A stretch of 64,000 bases of DNA from Terriglobia bacterium (GCA_965198225.1 CBDAOY010000009.1:544001-608000); one strand, 5' to 3'. Counted from the first letter of the stretch, positions 36,874 through 47,130 are shown. Translations and numbers: made by a program. Notes: generated from the letters alone by a model not told the origin.

Positions 36874-37413
36874 ATGACGATGGATAACCAGACTGCTGAA
36901 ACACTCACGCAAGAAAGAGAAACCGAAGGAACCGTGGCGAGCACCGCGGAGCCGGGGAAAGCCGGAGGCAAGTTCCTCAACTTCTTCCTCGAGCGGGAAG
37001 AGTACGGCATTGAGATCCTCAAAGTGCGCGAGATCATCGGAACGATGACGATCACCCCGGTTCCACGAACGCCGGACTACATGCGCGGCGTCATCAACCT
37101 TCGCGGCACGATCATACCGGTGGTGGATCTGAGGCTGAAACTCGATATGGAGTCCACCCACAGCGAAGATGGCTGCATCATCGTGGTCGAGGCCCAAGGT
37201 GTCCAGATGGGCATCGTCGTCGATAGGGTATCGGAAGTTCTCGACATTAAGGGAGAAGACATCGAGAACGCACCAACGTTCGGCCCGCAGGTGAATACCG
37301 ACTATGTACTCGGCATAGGTAAGGCCAACGACGGGGTCAAACTCCTGCTGGACATCGACAAAGTCCTGTCGCCCGGCGAGATAATCGACATCCGCAAGAC
37401 GACAACCCGATAG
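36874..37413 (+). CDS. cheW: Chemotaxis adaptor CheW
   Basis: EYGIEILKVREII, GVINLRGTIIPVVDLR and GIVVDRVSEV motifs. Confidence 0.96.
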   Translation: MTMDNQTAETLTQERETEGTVASTAEPGKAGGKFLNFFLEREEYGIEILKVREIIGTMTITPVPRTPDYMRGVINLRGTIIPVVDLRLKLDMESTHSEDGCIIVVEAQGVQMGIVVDRVSEVLDIKGEDIENAPTFGPQVNTDYVLGIGKANDGVKLLLDIDKVLSPGEIIDIRKTTTR

Positions 37414-37450
37414 TGATCAAGTGAAAAGGTCTTCAATTAGGAGAAAGACG

Positions 37451-39510
37451 ATGTTTCAACGCTTTCACGATCTGCCGATCAAATGGAAGCTCGTTCTAAC
37501 CATCTCGTTGCTTGTCGGAACGATTGCCCTTTTTGTCTCGCTCTATTTTCCGGCCCAGCAAGAGCGGATTGCCGTGCGGGGACTGGAGAGCAAGGCCATC
37601 AACGTGGCCAAGATGATGGCATACATTTCCAGCACTGCCGTGGAATTCGCCGACGTTGCTTCGATCCAGAGGTTGTTTAGCGCGGTCGAGAACGACCCGG
37701 ATTTCATCTACGCCCAGGTTCTACTGACCGACGGATCTACGCTGGCCTCCCACTCGCCCAAAGGGCGCCTGGGACCGTCGATCGGCGACATCCCCGAGAG
37801 CGCACGACGATTTTCCTCGAAGACGGGATGCTGAACGTTGCCAGCCCGATTGTCTCCCTGGACAGGCAAGTCATCGGGATGATGCAGATCGGTCTATCGC
37901 TGGCCGACATTCAAAGCGAAGTGGCCTTGAGCATTTGGGCGACCCGCCTGGTGGGTCTCGGCATCATGGCCCTGGGTCTTCTCGTTGCCTTCGGCGTCGG
38001 TCAGATCATCCGGAAACTTCTCCTGCAAGTGACCGAAGTGGCCGAGGCGGTTGCCAGCGGGGATCTGACCTGTGAGGTCGTTATTCATTCCCGCGACGAG
38101 ATCGGCACGCTAGCGGTTTCCTTCAAGGCCCTGATCGACTACATCAAGGGTCTCGCAGCGGCATTGGAGGCGCTCAGCAAGAACGATCTCAACGTCAACA
38201 TCAAACCCAAGTCGGAGCAGGACATTCTGTCGAAGAACATCATCCGCACCATCGACACGCTGCGTGATCTGCTGGTTGAGACCAGGGGTCTGACAAAGGC
38301 TGCTCAAGAAGGGAGGCTGACCGAGCGCGGGAACGCCGACAGGTTCCAGGGCGCCTTCCGGGAACTGATAGCGGGCATGAACGACACGATGGACGCCGTC
38401 GTCGCCCCGATCAGTGAAGCATCCGAAGTCCTCCAGAGTGTAGCGGCACATGACCTCACTGCTCGAATGGAGGGAGAATACGAGGGCGAATTTGCCCGAA
38501 TCAAGGACGGTTTGAACTCCGCGGTGGTCAATCTCGACGACGCGCTCGGACAAGTTACGGTGGTGGCGGAACAGGTGAGTGCGGCTTCCGCCGATATCAG
38601 CAGCGGCGCCGGGTCCCTCTCCGGGCGCGCTAACGACCAGGCCGCTTCGTTAGAGGAAGTGTCCGGCAGTCTGCATCAATTGGCTTCAATGACGGATCAG
38701 AACGCAGCCAGCGCGAAGGAAGCCAAAGACCTGTCCGAGATCACACGCCAGAGCACCGAATTAGGCGTGGAGAATATGGAGCGCCTGTCATCGGCCATCG
38801 ACCTGATAAAGGGTTCTGCGGACGCGACTGCGAAAATTGTCAAAACGATCGATGAGATCGCATTCCAGACGAATCTGCTTGCATTGAACGCCGCAGTCGA
38901 AGCCGCCCGGGCCGGTGACGCCGGTAAAGGCTTTGCGGTAGTGGCTGAAGAGGTTCGAAACCTGGCAATGCGAAGCGCCGAGGCCGCCAAGAACACTGCC
39001 ACTCTGATCGACGAATCGGTGGAGAACGCCAAAGGCGGCGTCGCCACCAACGAGGAAGTCCTGAAGAACCTCGTGAAGATCAACGATCTGACAAAGGGGG
39101 CCACCGAGATGATGGCTCGGATCGCGGCGGCTTCCGACCAGCAGAGTTCGGGAATCGAACACATCAATTCGGCGGTCGACAACATGAACCACACGACGCA
39201 GCAGGTGGCGGCCAATGCGGAAGAATCGGCGAGTGCGGCGGAAGAACTTTCAGCGCAAGCGGAAGAAATGAGGAATATGGTATCCGCCTTCGTGTTGAGC
39301 GCGAAGGGCACCCACACGCAGACTCGCACCTCGAACGTTCGATCGATCCTGGAATCCGCGCACAGTTACACAAAGCGCGGAACTCTTCCGGCAGGCACGG
39401 AGACGACGGATAAGGGGAACGGCCAGCCTTCTTTGAATGCGAGCCATCCCGGGGAACTGATTCCCTTCGACGAGTCCGACGACGATCTGGACACTCTACA
39501 GAACTTCTAG
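37451..39510 (+). pseudogene. Methyl-accepting chemotaxis protein (TM-periplasmic sensor-TM-HAMP-HAMP-MA), frameshifted near 37800
   Basis: [20 protein letters not shown] and C-terminal TLQNF; removing GC from AGCGCACG joins 37451-37834 to 37828-39510. Confidence 0.88.
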
Positions 39511-39610
39511 CCCGAATCTATGGCCGGGTGTTGGCGCGAAACGGCCGTTGACCACCAGCCACTCTGCGCTTCGGGCTGGTGACTGTTATTGATTACGCCA
39601 CAGGGAAGCT

Positions 39611-40475
39611 ATGCCCTATGCCCGGGCAATGAAGCAAATGCTAGCGACACTAGACCAGCAGCAGTTTGAAAGAATCCAGCAGATGGTGTACCAGCGGTCT
39701 GGTATCAACTTGCTGTCGGGGAGGGAGGACTTGGTGCAATCTCGATTGATTGTCCAAGCGTCTGGCCTCGGTGGGAATGGACAGCTACGAGCAGTACGTA
39801 AAGTACGTCGACACCGACCCGTCCGGCAAGGAAATGGCTGCGATGATAGATGTTCTGACCACGAACAAGACGGGCTTCTTCCGCGAGATCCAGCACTTCG
39901 AGTACCTCGGAAAGATATCAAGGGACCTGCTAAAGAAAGGACGACGGGTGCGGATCTGGAGCGCCGGGTGTTCCTCGGGCGAGGAACCCTTCTCGGTTGC
40001 CATGCTGCTGCTCGAGCAGGTGCCCGAACTGGACCCGCAGAACGTACAGATCCTGGCCACCGATATCTCCGCGCGAATGCTGGCAAGGGCGCGCGACGGC
40101 GTTTATACGCAGCAAGCGTTGAGCGGTGTGCCGCCCACGCTTTTGAGGAAATACTTCACCCGCATTGACACGGCGCCATCGCGGGTGTACCGGATCAACG
40201 ACAACGTGAGATCGATCGTCAAGTTTGCTCGCTTGAACCTGATAGGAAGTTGGCCGATGAAAGGCCCTTTCGACCTGATCCTATGCCGCAACGTGATGAT
40301 CTACTTCGACGGACCCACCGCCGACCGGTTGGTGCACCGGTTGTGGGCAATGCTGACACCGGGCGGGCATCTTCTTGCCGGGCATGCGGAACATGTCCGA
40401 GATCTGTCGGAAAGGCTTCCCTGCGTGCAGCCGGCCGTTTACGTGAAAGGCACTGTTTGGGATAGTTTAACTTAG
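39611..40475 (+). pseudogene. cheR: Chemotaxis methyltransferase CheR, frameshifted at 39744-39752
   Basis: TTNKTGFFRE, WSAGCSSGEEP, LATDIS and CRNVMIYF motifs; GATTGATTG is a 4-nt duplication whose removal gives LVQSRLSKRL. Confidence 0.9.
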
Positions 40476-40493
40476 TGAGTCTCTGAGGAGCGA

Positions 40494-40998
40494 ATGGCGG
40501 TACACATCGTAGACGTTGCGCAACGCTCCCCAGATTGCCGACATGAAGGTATCCGACGTCAAGGGGGACGTGCTCATCACGCACGCGCTGGGAAGCTGTC
40601 TGGGCATCACGGTATACGATCCCGAGGCCCATGTTGGGGGGCTGCTGCACGTCATGCTGCCGCTTTCCACGATCGACCCGAAAAGAGGAAAAGAGAACCC
40701 TTGCATGTTCGTCGACACAGGAGTACCGAAGTTGTTTCTCGAATGCTACAAGACCGGAGCGAGAAAAGAGAGGCTCCACGTAAAGGTCGCCGGGGGAGCC
40801 TGCCTGCGCAGTGAGAAGGAAGGCGACTACTTTCAGATCGGCAAGAGAAACTTCGTCCTGCTCAAGAAACTTTTCTGGAAGAATGGCGTGCTGTTGAGAG
40901 CCCACGACGTCGGCGGCAGTCAGTCGAGAACGGTGTCCCTGGACATCGCAAGTGGGAAAGTCGAAGTGAAAATCAGTGGCAAGTCAAATACGCTGTAG
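40494..40998 (+). pseudogene. cheD: Chemoreceptor glutamine deamidase CheD with a 19-nt insertion near the 5' end
   Basis: LGSC, GGLLHVMLP, VAGGA, IGKRN and DVGG motifs; deleting 40520-40538 gives MAVHIVDVADMKVS from the SD-led ATG 40494. Confidence 0.88.
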
Positions 40999-41035
40999 AG
41001 CCCGAGTGGCCTGCGGCCGGAGGTAGGGAGGCACA

Positions 41036-41464
41036 ATGGCGCTGGACGTTCTCGTCGTCGACGACAGTTCCGTAATGCGGTCGATAATCATCAGGACCAT
41101 ACGGTTGAGCGGCTTTCCTCTGGGTGAGGTTCACGAGGCTGCCAACGGGCAAGAAGGACTGCAGATGCTGGAGGAGCACAGCGTGGATCTTGCGTTGGTG
41201 GACCTGAACATGCCCGTAATGGGCGGAGAAGAGATGATCGACAAAATTCGGGGGAATGCAGCGATGGCAGATTTTCCTCTAATCGTCATCTCGAGCGAGG
41301 GCAGTGACACCCGAATCGAGAGGCTTCGGAAAAAAGAGGTCCGCTTCCTCCAAAAGCCATTCATGCCCCAGGCTGTTAGGGAAACCATCGTAGACGTCAC
41401 AGGAGTGTCAGATGAGCAATTCGCTGGAGAAGGAACTCCGCAAAGCGGCGGCCTTGACTTTTGA
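41036..41464 (+). CDS. cheY: CheY-like single-domain response regulator
   Basis: VVDDS, DLNMP, SSE and KPF motifs; within the che operon. Confidence 0.88.
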   Translation: MALDVLVVDDSSVMRSIIIRTIRLSGFPLGEVHEAANGQEGLQMLEEHSVDLALVDLNMPVMGGEEMIDKIRGNAAMADFPLIVISSEGSDTRIERLRKKEVRFLQKPFMPQAVRETIVDVTGVSDEQFAGEGTPQSGGLDF

Positions 41465-41888
41465 AGACCTCGGTTTCATGTGCCCGAGTTTGAAACTGGA
41501 CGAACAGCAGTGCACCGCGCCGCTGGAAGCGGCCGTGTGCGTGGAATTTGAGGGACCATCCTGCGGAAGGCTGGAATTGAAGCTTTACGGTAACCTTCTT
41601 GCCACTGTCGTGGCCAACATGCTGGGTGAAGACGAAACGCAGCCCGAGTGCCGGCAGCACGACGCGTTGCGAGAGATCGCCAACGTTGTCTGTGGCAACT
41701 TGTTGCCGGCAATAGCCGGCTCGAGGGCGGTTTTCGATCTGGGTACCCCCCGACTGCTCGATGGAGCAGCCTCTTCCGGAAAGAAGGAGTCACCCGAAGC
41801 AGAGGTACGACTGGGACTGGAGGATGGCCGGGCCGATCTGTTTTTCTTCACCGACGACAACACGGTCTTCAGCCGGGCCGAGGTGTGA
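41412..41888 (+). CDS. cheX: CheX-family phosphatase
   Basis: NMLG..DALREIANVVCGN (ExxN). Confidence 0.85.
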   Translation: MSNSLEKELRKAAALTFEDLGFMCPSLKLDEQQCTAPLEAAVCVEFEGPSCGRLELKLYGNLLATVVANMLGEDETQPECRQHDALREIANVVCGNLLPAIAGSRAVFDLGTPRLLDGAASSGKKESPEAEVRLGLEDGRADLFFFTDDNTVFSRAEV

Positions 41889-41903
41889 AGGGGTATCTTT
41901 CGA

Positions 41904-42878
41904 TCACCCGGTGCGCAGAACGACAATCTTTCCCGCCGGGCAGGGCGCGATAGTCATCTCGACATCGAGGCGCCGCGGCTTCTCGGCCAGCAGGAACGCC
42001 AGCTTGCCTTTTGGGGCGGACTCCAGCTCGCAAACCTCCGTTAGCCGGAGACGCGGCGCGAAGTTGGCGTTGAGCAGGGAACCCGCAATATTCAGGACTT
42101 CGTAGACGTTTGATCGGATTTCTCCGGTGATCACCGCGGCCTTCAGATCTTCGAGGATGACTCCGGGCGCGAATCCCGACAGGGCGCCTGAAGCCGCAAG
42201 AGCCAGTGTCGGGTCGAGTACAATCGCGGCGGACGGCGCAGACACGGGGTCGGTCTGGTAGAGACCGACGAAAAAAGGCCAACCCGCTTTACCCAGCAGT
42301 GTCGTTTGCTTGGACGCCTTTGTTTCCTTGAGCTTACCCATCGTGAGCGTCGTGAAGAGCTCGACGATGTCCTCTTGCTCGGGAAACGGGAGGTTCATCA
42401 CGCTCCCGGCCAGCATCACCCTCAGCTGGACCAGGTTTCCATCGATCAGAGTGGGACGAGTCTCAGATAGCGCTGCCCGCGGGCAATGCTCCGCCGGATC
42501 CCCGTTTATCCACACCGGCAAGCCTACCTTCAACGACGGGTAATCAACGTTCAACTGTTCTTTGACGCCGCCCGCAATGATGTTGATCATTTCGCCAACG
42601 CCATCGGCGACATCCTGTCCGTCAATCTCCTCGTCTTCGTCGGCGCCCAGCAGGGCTTTGGCCAGTTTCGTGCAGGTTTCCACACCCGCGATGATGCTCA
42701 GCCGCAAGGTCACCCTCTCCGACCCGACGGCGATCGAAACGCGCCTGTGAAGTTCCGTTGTGGAATCGGCGGGGGGATCGACTTTCTCGGCGGGAGTCAT
42801 GTCCAGACCCATCGCCGTGGCACAGAGATCCTTAGTGGACTGCAGCGCTGCCTCGAGGACCGGTTGAATCGCGCTCAT
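41904..42878 (-). CDS. CheX-domain protein with a second CheC/CheX-like C-terminal domain
   Basis: DGVGEMINIIAG in the N-terminal half and NVYEVLNIAG in the C-terminal half; coupled to the upstream cheY. Confidence 0.7.
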   Translation of the reverse strand: MSAIQPVLEAALQSTKDLCATAMGLDMTPAEKVDPPADSTTELHRRVSIAVGSERVTLRLSIIAGVETCTKLAKALLGADEDEEIDGQDVADGVGEMINIIAGGVKEQLNVDYPSLKVGLPVWINGDPAEHCPRAALSETRPTLIDGNLVQLRVMLAGSVMNLPFPEQEDIVELFTTLTMGKLKETKASKQTTLLGKAGWPFFVGLYQTDPVSAPSAAIVLDPTLALAASGALSGFAPGVILEDLKAAVITGEIRSNVYEVLNIAGSLLNANFAPRLRLTEVCELESAPKGKLAFLLAEKPRRLDVEMTIAPCPAGKIVVLRTG

Positions 42879-43270
42879 TTGTGTAACAGGGCCTTTTGCG
42901 TGAGTTTTGAAGAATAATCTCCGCCCAGCTCGGCTTCGAAGGTCTCCGCCGTAAAGGGCTTCGTGATCACTGCCGCGGCCCCCTCGCGGTAGGCGAGAGA
43001 GTGCATTTCGTCGGTCGCTTCCGAGGTGATGAACACGAACGGAATGTCCTTGCCTCGCGCGCGGACAGCCCTGAGGAGATCAATGCCGTCCAGACCGGGC
43101 ATGTTCCAGTCGGTGAGAACCAAATCGGGGGGGGACATGTCGATCTGTTCGAGCGCGGCCTGCCCGTCGTCCGCCTGTTCGATCGTATGACCCTCAAAAC
43201 CTGCCTGACGCAGCGTGCGAATGATGATTTTGCGCATAACCCTGCTGTCGTCAACGATGAGTATATTCAT
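42875..43270 (-). CDS. cheY: CheY-like response regulator
   Basis: IVDDS, DWNMP, ITSE and KPF motifs. Confidence 0.88.
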   Translation of the reverse strand: MNILIVDDSRVMRKIIIRTLRQAGFEGHTIEQADDGQAALEQIDMSPPDLVLTDWNMPGLDGIDLLRAVRARGKDIPFVFITSEATDEMHSLAYREGAAAVITKPFTAETFEAELGGDYSSKLTQKALLHK

Positions 43271-43579
43271 TCTTCTAGTCCTTGCAATTTGCCGGAAAGA
43301 GTCTGCCTCGAGGGAGATGGTCTGTTGAATACATCACTCGCTCCCCGCCCTCGTCGGCAGCTGCTCAAGGTTTGTTCAGGTCCGACCTGACCCCGACGAT
43401 CCGTTTTTTTCTCATCCTCCCGCCAGACTCGCCTGCTGTCAGGACATTCGGCTGTTCTTTCGCGTTACCGGCGGTTTTCCAGGAGCTGGAAGAGACGCGG
43501 TTACGCCATCCTGTCTGTCTCGAGCAGGCTCGACGTGACTTCGGACCTCCTAGTCGTCATGTGACGACCCTTAACTACT

Positions 43580-43607
43580 CCATCGGCTCGCGCGATTCGA
43601 AGCCTTA
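43580..43607 (-). promoter_or_regulatory. Possible sigma28 promoter of the minus-strand cheY pair
   Basis: TAAG-N16-GCCGATGG, about 310 nt upstream of the ATG. Confidence 0.4.
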
Positions 43608-44094
43608 GAGTAAGTAATACAAAAGATTCCAGCCGGTGCCAGGTCTGGCCCAACGCCAGTTTCCAATGGACCCTGCCGCACGCTGTTTCGAACCAGCAAG
43701 GTGGCATTGCCGACGCAGGTCTGGGCGCAGGCGTGATGCTTAAACGCCTTTGTGTCTTTGATTTGGCGATGCAGGCATCGGTTGCGTCAGTATCGGGCGG
43801 GGTCGGAAAAGAAGTTCACCGGCGATTCTTCCTGCAGGTGCGGGCCGGATCGGGCATAGCTCCCACGGTCTAGAGTATTGGTAAGACGGGGTTCATTGCA
43901 CCACGGAAGGGTGCAGGGCCGTGAAGAAGTAGGCCGTAGTCCAGTCGACTCTTCATCCGACGTCAGTAGTTCGCTGGCCGTTGCTAGCTGTCACTCGTCA
44001 CTTATCACTTGTACCCACTTCCTCAAAACTGGAGCGAAGGAACCAACGGTGGTAGCCTGCAGCTGAAGCGATTCCGAGAGACAGGAGGTATCAC

Positions 44095-45306
44095 ATGGTG
44101 AGAGGCATCCAAAAGCGACTGATTCGTGCGGGCATCGTTGCGGGGGCTGCAGGGATACTGCTTTGCATGCCGGCGGGCCTGCAGCGTCTCGAAGCGGAGC
44201 AGCGCAGGGCGGAGCTTTCCGGGGACGGTGTCTCTCTTGTGTTCGGGGGAGACGCGCTGTTCGGGAGGTCGTTCTCGGAAAACCAGGACCCTGCAATGGT
44301 CCGACTGTTTGAGATTTTCCGGGGCGCGGACGCCGCGTTCATCAACATGGAGCAGGTCATGTCCACGGCCGGCAGCGAGGAACCTGATTACGGAACTCTG
44401 GTCCGCGCGGACCCGGGACTACTCCATGACATCCAATGGGCTGGGGTCGATGCCGTCTCGCTGGCGAACAACCATTCGATGAACTTCGGGCCGGACGGTC
44501 TGATTGGAACCATCCACGAGTTGGACCGGCTTGGCATACGGTATGCCGGCGGAGGGCGCAATACCACAGAAGCGCGGGCCGCGGCGCTCGTCGAAGCAGG
44601 CGGTTTGAAGGTTGGCTTGCTCTCACTCTATTCCGGAACCGGCTCCACGAGTGGCTCTAACGTCGAGGTGGCCGGCGCCGAGAGACCGGGGATGTTCCTC
44701 CTTCGGGCGAGCGAGGTGAACCTGGGCGGTACCGAGATCGTGGCTCCCGTCGCTGCCGATCTTCAGGCGATGATCGAGGCGATCGAGACAACCCGGCCGA
44801 TGGTCGACATCCTGGCCGTTTCGATCCACATGCACTGGGGGAGCAACACATTCCAGGAGGAATTCGCCGAGTACCATCCCCTCGTTGCCCGATCCGCCAT
44901 CGACGCAGGTGCCGATCTGTTCGTGATCCACGGCCCGCACGTGCCGCGAGGTATCGAGCAGTACAAGCACGGGTTCATTGCCTACAGCGTCGGCAACCTC
45001 TTCTGGAACCTCAAGGATCTCGGTATCGATCCCGAAGGCAACCCGAGTTACGTCCTGGACGAAGCCTTCCAAAGCATCGTCGTGCGAGCCGTGGTTCGGG
45101 ACAAACGCGTCGAGCGGATGGAGGTGATCCCGATTTATATGTACCGAGACGGTGAATACCAGGGGATACCCCGCCTCGCGGATCGCGAGAAAGGCCGCGA
45201 GATCCTGCAACGCGTCCAGCGACTCTCGGCCGAAACGCGCACCGAACTCCGAATCGAAGATTGGTACGGGGTTGTAGAGATCGGCCTCACAGAGTCGCGG
45301 AACTAG
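44095..45306 (+). CDS. CapA (PGA_cap) family metallophosphoesterase
   Basis: GGD, NME, LANNHSMNFG, HMHWG, HGPHV and YSVGN motifs. Confidence 0.88.
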   Translation: MVRGIQKRLIRAGIVAGAAGILLCMPAGLQRLEAEQRRAELSGDGVSLVFGGDALFGRSFSENQDPAMVRLFEIFRGADAAFINMEQVMSTAGSEEPDYGTLVRADPGLLHDIQWAGVDAVSLANNHSMNFGPDGLIGTIHELDRLGIRYAGGGRNTTEARAAALVEAGGLKVGLLSLYSGTGSTSGSNVEVAGAERPGMFLLRASEVNLGGTEIVAPVAADLQAMIEAIETTRPMVDILAVSIHMHWGSNTFQEEFAEYHPLVARSAIDAGADLFVIHGPHVPRGIEQYKHGFIAYSVGNLFWNLKDLGIDPEGNPSYVLDEAFQSIVVRAVVRDKRVERMEVIPIYMYRDGEYQGIPRLADREKGREILQRVQRLSAETRTELRIEDWYGVVEIGLTESRN

Positions 45307-45488
45307 CCGTCAGTTTCCAACAAGGAGTCAGTGGTCAGTGGCCAGTACCGGACCGCGACATGGCTACTCCGACTCCTCTGGATGACTGGAAAGAATGTCG
45401 TGCGATCATCCCTTTGACCACTGACCCTCTCATCGGGACTCGGCTGCGTGTATTGATGAGTGTCATGATCACTGTTAGTATAGATAAC

Positions 45489-45698
45489 ATGACAGACACC
45501 AGGAGAATAACTGCCAACCTGCCGGACGCGCTTTTGATGAAAGCGATGAGTGTGACCGGCAAGGGCATCACGGAGACCATCGTCGAAGGCCTGGAACGGG
45601 TAAGCCGCTCGCGAGCCCTGGAAAAAGCCCTGGCTCTCAAAGGGAAGATCTCCATACAGATCGATCTCGAGGAATCTCGTGAGCGGCGTCATCGTTGA
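45489..45698 (+). CDS. VapB-like antitoxin
   Basis: 69 aa, RITANLPDALL..AM..TG..ITETI (RHH-like); overlaps the PIN gene. Confidence 0.75.
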   Translation: MTDTRRITANLPDALLMKAMSVTGKGITETIVEGLERVSRSRALEKALALKGKISIQIDLEESRERRHR

Positions 45699-46065
45699 TA
45701 CGTCTGTGTGGATCGATTTCTTTGGGGGCGATTCGGCTGAGACGCTCGAGCAGGCCCTCGCCGCCGGCACGGCTGTGTTACCCCCCGTCGTCGTAGCGGA
45801 GCTGATCAGTGGGGCTCGGAGACCCGCCGAGCAAAGCGCTATCACTGACCTGATCGAAAGTATCCCTGTACATCGGACGCCGCTGGCCCATTGGATCCAT
45901 GTCGGGCAACTCCGCCGCCGTCTTGGGGAAAAAGGCCTGTCCGTTTCGACACCTGACGCGCATGTGGCCCAGTGCGCGCTGGACCTCAACGCGCTTCTTC
46001 TCGCCCGCGATGCCATCTTCAAGCGCATCGCAAGACATTCAGGCCTTCGTGTCGATGCCGGTTAG
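45679..46065 (+). CDS. vapC: VapC PIN-domain toxin
   Basis: VDTSVWIDFF, VVAELISG, STPDAHVA and ARDAIF motifs. Confidence 0.9.
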   Translation: MSGVIVDTSVWIDFFGGDSAETLEQALAAGTAVLPPVVVAELISGARRPAEQSAITDLIESIPVHRTPLAHWIHVGQLRRRLGEKGLSVSTPDAHVAQCALDLNALLLARDAIFKRIARHSGLRVDAG

Positions 46066-46115
46066 CTAATAGTAGCCAGTTGTAAGAAGTGACGAGTGAC
46101 ATGGTTGTGCGATCA

Positions 46116-46199
46116 TGACTACTGACTACTGACTACTGACTACTGACTACTGACTACTGACTACTGACTACTGACTACTGACTACTGACTACTGACTAC
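46116..46199 (+). repeat. Perfect heptamer tandem repeat (TGACTAC)x12
   Basis: 84 bp, between convergent vapC and racemase-like genes. Confidence 0.97.
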
Positions 46200-46203
46200 C
46201 CAC

Positions 46204-46986
46204 TCACCCCGGCCGCCTCGACTCCGGCGTCCTGAATGCCTTCACCTTGCTCGTCCGGAGACCGTAGTCCAGAAGAGCTTCGGCCATCTTCACGGCCGCG
46301 ACCACACCATCGATGACGGGTGCGCCGAGTTCCGTTTCAAGCACCTTGTCGAGCCCCGTCAGCGTCGATCCGCCGAGGAGAATAACCTCCGCTCCATCCT
46401 CGACGAGAGCCGCCCTCGCCGCCTCAATCAGGAGCGGATTCGGCTGACCCGAGCTGTCCCGAAGTTCGGCCGCGCGGAGCTCGACGATCCGGATGGATGC
46501 GAGCCGATCTTCGAAGCCGTAGCCCGTCACGAGGTCTTCCAGAAAAGGACGCAGTCGTTCGACGAAAGTGAGGATCGTGAACTTGTGGCCCACGGTGCTG
46601 CCGAGCAGCATTGACGATTCGGCGAGCCCGAGTACAGGAACCGTCAACAACTCGCGCAGAGCGTACAGACCTGAATCGCTGTAAGCGGCGACGATCAATG
46701 CATCGAAGGAATCCCGATCGAGGTCCTCGACCTTCCGAAGCATGGCCGCAGTCGCAAGCTGATCTTCGTAGCGGCCCAGGATAATGGAGGGACCCGCGTC
46801 TGGATTGATCGCTGCGACTTCGGTGCCGGGCCTTGCGTAGCGCCCGGCATTCTCGAGAACCTGGTCGGTTGTCGCCGCCGACGTGTTTGGGTTGACCAGC
46901 AAGAGCCGGTGCGGTCCCGGCCTGACCTGTTGTGGACCTGCCGCCAATCCCAGGGCACCAGTCATCAGTTCTCGACGCGAAAGCAC
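46204..46986 (-). CDS. Hydantoin racemase / Asp-Glu racemase family homolog with Tat-like signal
   Basis: VNPNTS, ALRELLTVPVLG, DGAEVILLG and PVIDGVVAAV motifs; N-terminal SRRELM. Confidence 0.82.
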   Translation of the reverse strand: MLSRRELMTGALGLAAGPQQVRPGPHRLLLVNPNTSAATTDQVLENAGRYARPGTEVAAINPDAGPSIILGRYEDQLATAAMLRKVEDLDRDSFDALIVAAYSDSGLYALRELLTVPVLGLAESSMLLGSTVGHKFTILTFVERLRPFLEDLVTGYGFEDRLASIRIVELRAAELRDSSGQPNPLLIEAARAALVEDGAEVILLGGSTLTGLDKVLETELGAPVIDGVVAAVKMAEALLDYGLRTSKVKAFRTPESRRPG

Positions 46987-47130
46987 CGCCCCCCCCCCTC
47001 AAAATGGATCGTTATCCGATTCGGTACAGATTAAGATAGGTTGCCGACGTTCCGTTACTGCAAAATCGCAATTCCATGCCGGCCGCCGAGACTGCCGGAT
47101 CGTCGACAGGACGGCTTGCAGGAGATCGGA

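Noticed and set aside
9325-40538. Programmed frameshifting or phase variation as the cause of the fliD, MCP, cheR and cheD breaks
   Set aside because: No slippery heptamers or long simple repeats at the sites; they look like one-off duplications
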